Source: the human T2T-CHM13v2.0 reference genome, Homo sapiens. Taken from it: a DNA stretch of 64,000 bases. Position numbers and translations under genes: made by a program. Numbering within the stretch: the first letter of the stretch is position 1; the number at the start of each line of letters is the position of its first letter. Where the stretch lies: the NCBI RefSeq assembly GCF_009914755.1, contig NC_060936.1; one strand, given 5' to 3'. Below the pieces are notes generated by a model. It did not search any database, was not told the origin of the DNA, and saw only the letters and a program-made list of their open reading frames with translations. This document shows positions 57,585 to 64,000 of the stretch, in pieces.

Positions 57585-57860
57585 GACAGTCTTGCTCTGT
57601 CACCCAGGCTAGAGTGCAGTGGTGCAATCGCAGCTCACTGCAACCTCCACCCCCTGGCTCAAGTAATTCTCATACCTCAGCCTCCTTTGTAGCTGGGACT
57701 AAAGGCACATGCCAACATGCCCAGCTAATTTTTGTATTTCTAGTAGAGACACGGTTTCATCATGTTGACCAGGCTCGTCTTGAACTCCTGACCTCAAGTG
57801 ATTCACCCACCTCAGCCTCCCAAAGTGCTGAGATTACAGGCATGAGCCACCACACCCATC
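57557..57860 (-). mobile_element. AluS/J nested in L1 ORF2
   Basis: Reverse Alu; 21-bp TSD ttacatgtag(c/t)t(g/a)tgtggttc at 57535-57555 and 57861-57881. Confidence 0.92.
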
Positions 57861-60800
57861 TTACATGTAGTTATGTGGTTCTGAGGGGGTTTCTTAAGTC
57901 TTGAGCTCTAATTTGATTGTGCTGTGGTCTGAGAGACTGTTTGTTATGATTTTGGTTCTTTTGCATTTGCTGAGGAGTGTTTTACTTCCAATTATGTGAT
58001 TAAGTTTAGAGTAAGCGCCATGTGGCGCCAAGAATAACGTATATTCTGTTGTTTTTGGGTGGAGAGTTCTGTAGATATTTATCAGGTCCACTTGATCCAG
58101 AGCTGAGTTCAAGTCCTGAATATCCTTGTTAATTTTCTGTCTCGATCATCTGTCTAATATTGACAGTGGGGTGTTAAAGTCTCCCACTATTATTGTGTGG
58201 GCATCTAAGTCTCTATGTAGGTCTCTAAGAATTTGTTTTATGAATCTGGGTCCTCCTGTATTGGGTGCCTATATATTTAGGACAGTTAGCTCTTCTTGTT
58301 GAATTTAACTCTTTACCATTATGTAATGCCCTTGTCTTTTTTTAATCTTCGTTGGTTTAAAGTCTGTTTTGTCAGAAACTAGGATTGCAACCCCTGCTTT
58401 TTTTGGCTTTCCATTTGCTTGGGAAATTCTCCTCCATCCCTTTATTTTGAGCCTATGTGTGTCTTCGCCCATGAGCTCGGTCTCTTGAATACAACATACC
58501 AATGGGTCTTGACTCTTTACCCAGCTTGCCATTCTGTGTTTTTTAATTGGGGCATTTAGCCCATTTACGTTTAAGGTTAATGCTGTTTTATGTGAATTTG
58601 ATACTGTCATCATGATGCTAGCTGGCTATTTTGCAGACTTGTTGATGTAGTTGCCTCATAGTGTCTTTGGTCTTTGTACTTCAGTGTGGTTTTGTAGTGG
58701 CTGGTAATGGTTTTTCTTTTCCACATTTAGTGCTTCCTTCAGGAGCTCTTGCAAGGCAGGCCTGGTGGTGGCAAATTCCCTCAGCATTTGCTTGCCTGGA
58801 AAGGATCTTATTTCTCCTTTGCTCATGAAGCTTAGTTTGGCCAGATATGAAATTCTGGGTTGGAAATTCTTTTTTTTTTAAGAATGTTGAATATTGGCCC
58901 CCAATCTCTTCTGGCTTGTTGGGTTTCTCAGGAGAAGTCCACAGTGAGTCTGACGAACTTGCCTTTGTAGGTGACCTGGCCTTTCTCTCTGGCTGCCCTT
59001 AACATTTTTTCCTTCATTTCGACCTTGGAGAATCTGATGATTATGTGTCTTGGGGTTGATCTACTCATGGAGTATCTTACTGGTGTTCTCTGGATTTCGT
59101 GAATTTGAATGTTGGCCTGTCTTGCTAAGTTGGGAATGTTCTCCTGGATGATAACCCAAAGTATGTTTTCCAATCCCCTTGTCTCTTTCAGGTAGTGCAA
59201 TCAGTTGTAGGTTCAGTCTTTTTACATAAGCCCATAGTTCTCGGAGGTTTTGTTCATTACTTTTTATTCTTTTTTTCTCTAATATTGTCTGCCTGTGTTA
59301 TTTCCACAAGATAGTCTTTAAGCTCTGAAATTTTTTCGTCTGCTTGGTCTAGTTGGCTATTGATACTTGTGGTTGCAATGTGAAGTTCTTGTGCTGTGTT
59401 TTTCAGCTCCATCAGGTCATTTATGTTCCTCTCTAACCAGAGAATAACCAGTTATTCTGTCATGTTTTATCATGGTTCTCAGATTCTTTACATTGGGTTA
59501 GAACATGCTCCTTTAGCTCAGTGAAGTTCATTATTACCCACTTTCTGAAGCCTACTTCTGTCAATTCATTCATCTCAGCTTCCACCCAGTTCTATGCCCT
59601 TGCTGGGGAGGTGCTATGATCATTTGGAGGAGAAGAGGTATTCTGGCTTTTTGAGTCTTCAGCATGTTTTCATTGATTCTTTCTCATCTTCATGAGTTTA
59701 TTTAGCTTCAACTTTGAGACTGCTCACCTTTGGATGGGTTTTTATGGGGACATTTTGTTGATGCTGTGGTTGTTGTTGTTTTCTGTTTGTTTTTCTTTTA
59801 ACAGTCAGGCCCCTTTTCCATGGGCTGCTGCAGTTTGCTGGGGGTCTACTCAAGACCCCTTCACCTGGGTCCCTCCTGCACCTGTAGGTATCACCAGTGG
59901 AGGCTGCACAATAGCAAAGATGGCTGCCTGCTCCTTCCTCTGGAAGTTCTGTCCCAGAGGGGCACTGACATAATGCCAGTGGGAATGCTCCTGTGTAAGG
60001 TGTCTGGTGACCACTCTTGGGGGGGTCTCACCCAGTCAAGAGGCACAGGATCAGGAACCCACTTAATAAAGCACTCTGGCTGCCCTTTGGCAGAGGGGGT
60101 GCACTGCACAGGGGGAAATCTCACTCATCCAGACTGCCTGGATTCCTCAGAGCCAACAGGGAGAAAGACTAAGTCTGCTGACCCAGAGAGACTTTGGCCA
60201 CTCCTCCCCTCAGCAGTTCCATCCCAGTGATATCAGAGTTCTGTTTGTAAACCCCTGGCTGGAATTGCTGAAATTCCCCAGGGAGGCCCCACCCAGTGAG
60301 GAGGGATGGGTCAGGGTCCAGCCTAAAGAGGGAGTCTGGCCATGATCTGCCACAGCCACTGTGCTGCACTGTGGGGAATTCCTCCTGGGTCCAAACCGCC
60401 CAGTTTCCCTGGCATCAGCAGGGGAAACACAGCAGACTGGAGTGGCCATAATGACTGCTGCCCTTCCAGGAAGCCACAGTGACAATGGTTGCCCCTCCCC
60501 CTGCAAACTCAGTAGTCTTAGGCAGTCTTCAGCCAAGTGGCCACCAAGAATGTACACAGTTCTGTGTTTGGGATCCAAGGCCCTGGTGGCATGGGCTCAC
60601 AAAGGGGATCTTCTGATTCATGGGTTGCACAGATCTGTGGATAAGGTGTGGTTTCCCAGGTGGGGTAGCACAATCACTCACTGACTCCCTTGGTTGGGAG
60701 TGAAAGCTCCCTTTTCCCCATGCGGCTCCCACATGGGCTGTTACTCCACCCTGCTTTTCCTCGCTCTCCATGGGTCACGCCAACCGCCTAGTCAGTCCGA

Positions 60801-61268
60801 ATGAGAGAACCTGGATACCTCATTTGCCGGTGCAGGAGTCACTCACTGTTTTTATTCTTCTCAATGGGAGCCTCCAACCCCAGCTGTTTCTAGTCAGCCA
60901 TCTTGACCCTTCCCCACCATATGTATTTTATCAGCCAACCAGCCAGCCTAGATATTTAACATGGAAAGCAGAGTATTCCCATCATAGATGAAAGGACATC
61001 TGTCTTGGATAAGTACAAGAAGTTTGTCTAGAATATCAAGTGTCTGGACACACTCCCATGATCAGTGTAATTAATGTAATCTCTCCAACAGCATTCACCA
61101 ATACCATGAAACATGTCTTCATATTCTTTTTCTAAGAAGTACAAATTTTCCAAGATTTATTATTGTTTTCACTTTAGACACAGAATTAATTCCAATGCTT
61201 TATTTTACAATTGAAATCTATCAACCTTATACTAAAATTGACTTGTTATGCTAGAAATCACTAGCAAC

Positions 61269-61512
61269 TTTTTTTTTTTTGAGACAGGTTCTCACTCCTG
61301 TCACCCAGGCGGGATGCAGTGGCACAATCACAGCTCATTGCAGCCTCAATCTTCCAGGCTCAAGAGAGCCTCCTGCCTCATTTTTTGACTTTTTTGTAGA
61401 CACGAGTTCTCACTGTTATCCAGGCTGGTCTCAAACTTCTGGGCTCAAGTGATCCTCCCACCTTGGCCTCCCAAAGTGCTAGAATTACAGGCAAGAGCCA
61501 CTGTGCCCAGCC
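61269..61512 (-). mobile_element. AluJ with an internal deletion of about 50 bp
   Basis: Reverse Alu; cctgcctca joined directly to the middle T-tract; TSD cactagcaa. Confidence 0.88.
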
Positions 61513-63860
61513 CACTAGCAATTTTTATATGGCAGTGGTTATGTCATCTTTGGTGCATGGACCTGATATCACATATTTTGGTTATTCAGGCTTTATTTGT
61601 TTACATCCTGGTTTTTTTTTACCATGTTTCAAAGTATTGAGTTCATGATATAAAGAATATGTTATAAATGGCTCCTCAAATGGACTTAATTGAAATCCTT
61701 GGCACCATCATACTGCATTTGTCAACAACCTCCTCTGCCTAGTTAGCTCCAACTCATTTGTTAAGGCTCAGGACAAGAGTTATCTTCTTTAGGAAAACAT
61801 ACTTAATTTTGGTAACCCACTCTATTAATTATTTTTCCTATGTGTTCCCAAACATCTATACTTCCCTCCATCTTAACACTTATCCCATTGTGTTATAATT
61901 GTCTTACTTTTGCTAGATTATCCAACATTAGACTGCATGCCTTTTGCAGTATACAGTGATGTACATCTTTGTTTCACATAGTAAACCTGCAGACATAAAT
62001 GAAGGAGTAATTAATATATTTCAATTTACAAGATTAGGGAAAAATATATGGCCACATTTATTTTAATATCCAATAATAATGACTTTAAGCCTCAATACTG
62101 CTGATCCTAAGAGTTACATTCTCCTAGCTACTAGAGTCCCAAGTGGTTTCTGGAAATCTTGAAAAATGCTGACATGGTCTGTAAAATTATCCCTCTTTCA
62201 CACACAAACACACACACACACACACATACACGAGACAAGAAGCTCAAATGCACCCCTATGGTCTCCTTTGTCTTGCTGACCTCCAGAGGCCCACCCATTT
62301 GTTTCTGTTTTCTACATTTAGCTGCTTCCATGAACTTTTTAGCACTAAACCTCATTTTAGAATTGTAAATGAAGTCCAATTTTCTCCAACATCTGAACCA
62401 CAGTGGTTCCTAGGGTACAGGGGATGTTCCACTTCTCCACAATGTTATACTCAATCAAAGATCAAAGAAAAATAAGCCCTAGACTCCAGAAGTCCCAGCT
62501 CTTCATGATCAACTCATCTGAGTTACAAGCACGTAGACATTTTCCCCAAGGTGTGCCCACATTGCCAGAGTATCTAGGTATGAAAGAGACACAGCATCAG
62601 CTTCATGCTGAACCCAGTACTGGGCCCTCCATGTGGTAAGTCAGGTAACTTCGGCACTGGGCTTAATCCTCCTTCAATCCCAGGTCTTTAATATCTAGAC
62701 ATCCTCATTCCTTGTGAACACTGAGGTCTGCCACAAGGAGGATGAAGTGAGATGGGCAATCTTGGTCTCATTCCCTGGCTGGATGCTTGTTGAATTCAGA
62801 GACCAGAACAAGAAAGAGTCCATGGGAAAATCTAACCTTTTTATCTAGTAGTTTGAGGTAAAATTTGAAATTAGAGAAACGGGCCTGCTTCTTGTCTGAA
62901 AAATTCTGAAAATAGGAGGCTAGCTTATGTGACCAAGAACAGCAGACAAAGGAGAAAGGTCATCAAATAGTCAAGGAGCAATTCTATCATTTCAGGGGTC
63001 AAGGACATATGAACCAAGTGGCATCATAAAAGATAGTGGCCTAAGACATTCAGGCAATAGGAGAAAAAAAAAAGCTGTTTCTTAATTGAACTTAACAGTT
63101 TGCACCCATGAATTAATGGGCTGAACATTAGGTTCTATGAATATTGGTCTTTTAGACATTTTAGTTCTGTAGTATAAGGCAGCAGAAAACTATTTACAGA
63201 CACCACTTCTAGTTAAAAAAAAGGCTCTTTATAACATGGTAGGCTGAGATCTAAGGATTTCTGCAACTTGGTAGGCAGCAAGTAAGTAGCTATAAAATCA
63301 TTGTGAATACCTAGCATGGGGCTAGGATTAGGCAGGGACTGATAAATTCCAAATATACAGGAAATTAATGGCCCATATAATGAATAGAATAGTCTCAGAA
63401 GTACCGATTAGAGGATAGGATTATCAGGATTGAAGATATTGTCTTACTTAATATTCCCCTCTTCCATCATAAAAATATCCATTGGTATGACATAGGAAAT
63501 CCAGGTCTTTAAAAACTTTATCTCACTTAATTTATTGACTGTCTTGAGCCATAAGATTTTCATAAGGGTTACCCAGAATTAGTCCTCCTTCAGTCTCCAC
63601 CTGAGGTGTGATACACAGCCTCCTGTCAACACTACCAGCTCCAGGTTATCTCTCTGTTGACTTTGTCATGCTGGTAGTCATCTTGGACAATTAATGTTTC
63701 TTCTAATCCTCTTTCTTTCTGCCTGGTTTACTAGATTAACAAGATCGCTTTTGGCCTCTGAATTTCTTTTTGCCCTCTTTCCTCTACCCACTTCCCCAAC
63801 ACAAGGTTTTTGAAAACAAACAGACTTCCACTTCAGCAGGAAATCAAAGACTTCACATGC

Positions 63861-64000
63861 TGATACAGTTAGGCTTTGTGTCCCTACCCAGATCTCATCT
63901 TGAATTGCAATCCCCATAATCTCCATAATCCCCATCTGTCAAGGGATTACCAGGTGGAGGTAACTGAATCATGGGGACAGTTTCCTCCATGCCATTCTCA
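63861..64000 (+). mobile_element. THE1C/D-like MaLR LTR, 5' part (cut by window end)
   Basis: tgatacagttaggctttgtgtccctacccagatctcatcttgaattg...gaatcatgggg. Confidence 0.85.

Overview
This is mammalian, almost certainly human/primate, genomic DNA: AT-rich, with AluY/S/J, L1PA/PB/MA, L2, MIR, MaLR/ERV LTRs and Tigger/Charlie DNA transposons. I find no supportable protein-coding exon. The recognisable ORFs are decayed L1 ORF1/ORF2, Tigger1 transposase or Alu frames. The one clear gene-related structure is a CpG island at about 45.6-47.5 kb, inside a roughly 9 kb stretch with no recognisable transposon. It holds a minus-strand, apparently non-coding first exon ending at a strong donor (CAG|GTAGGT, 45986/45985), so positions 1-45985 are probably one very long first intron. 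The exon end resembles my recollection of the TAFA2 (FAM19A2) 5' UTR, but this is unverified. I cannot support a new biological system here. The best second-look items are local DNA-rearrangement footprints: a permuted 200-bp duplication, an L1 insertion with an inverted copy of its own target site, a candidate Alu 3' transduction and a 47-bp palindrome. The uORF-rich, possibly bidirectional promoter also merits a look. Repeat subfamily calls are from memory of consensus sequences, and boundaries are approximate unless target-site duplications (TSDs) are quoted.
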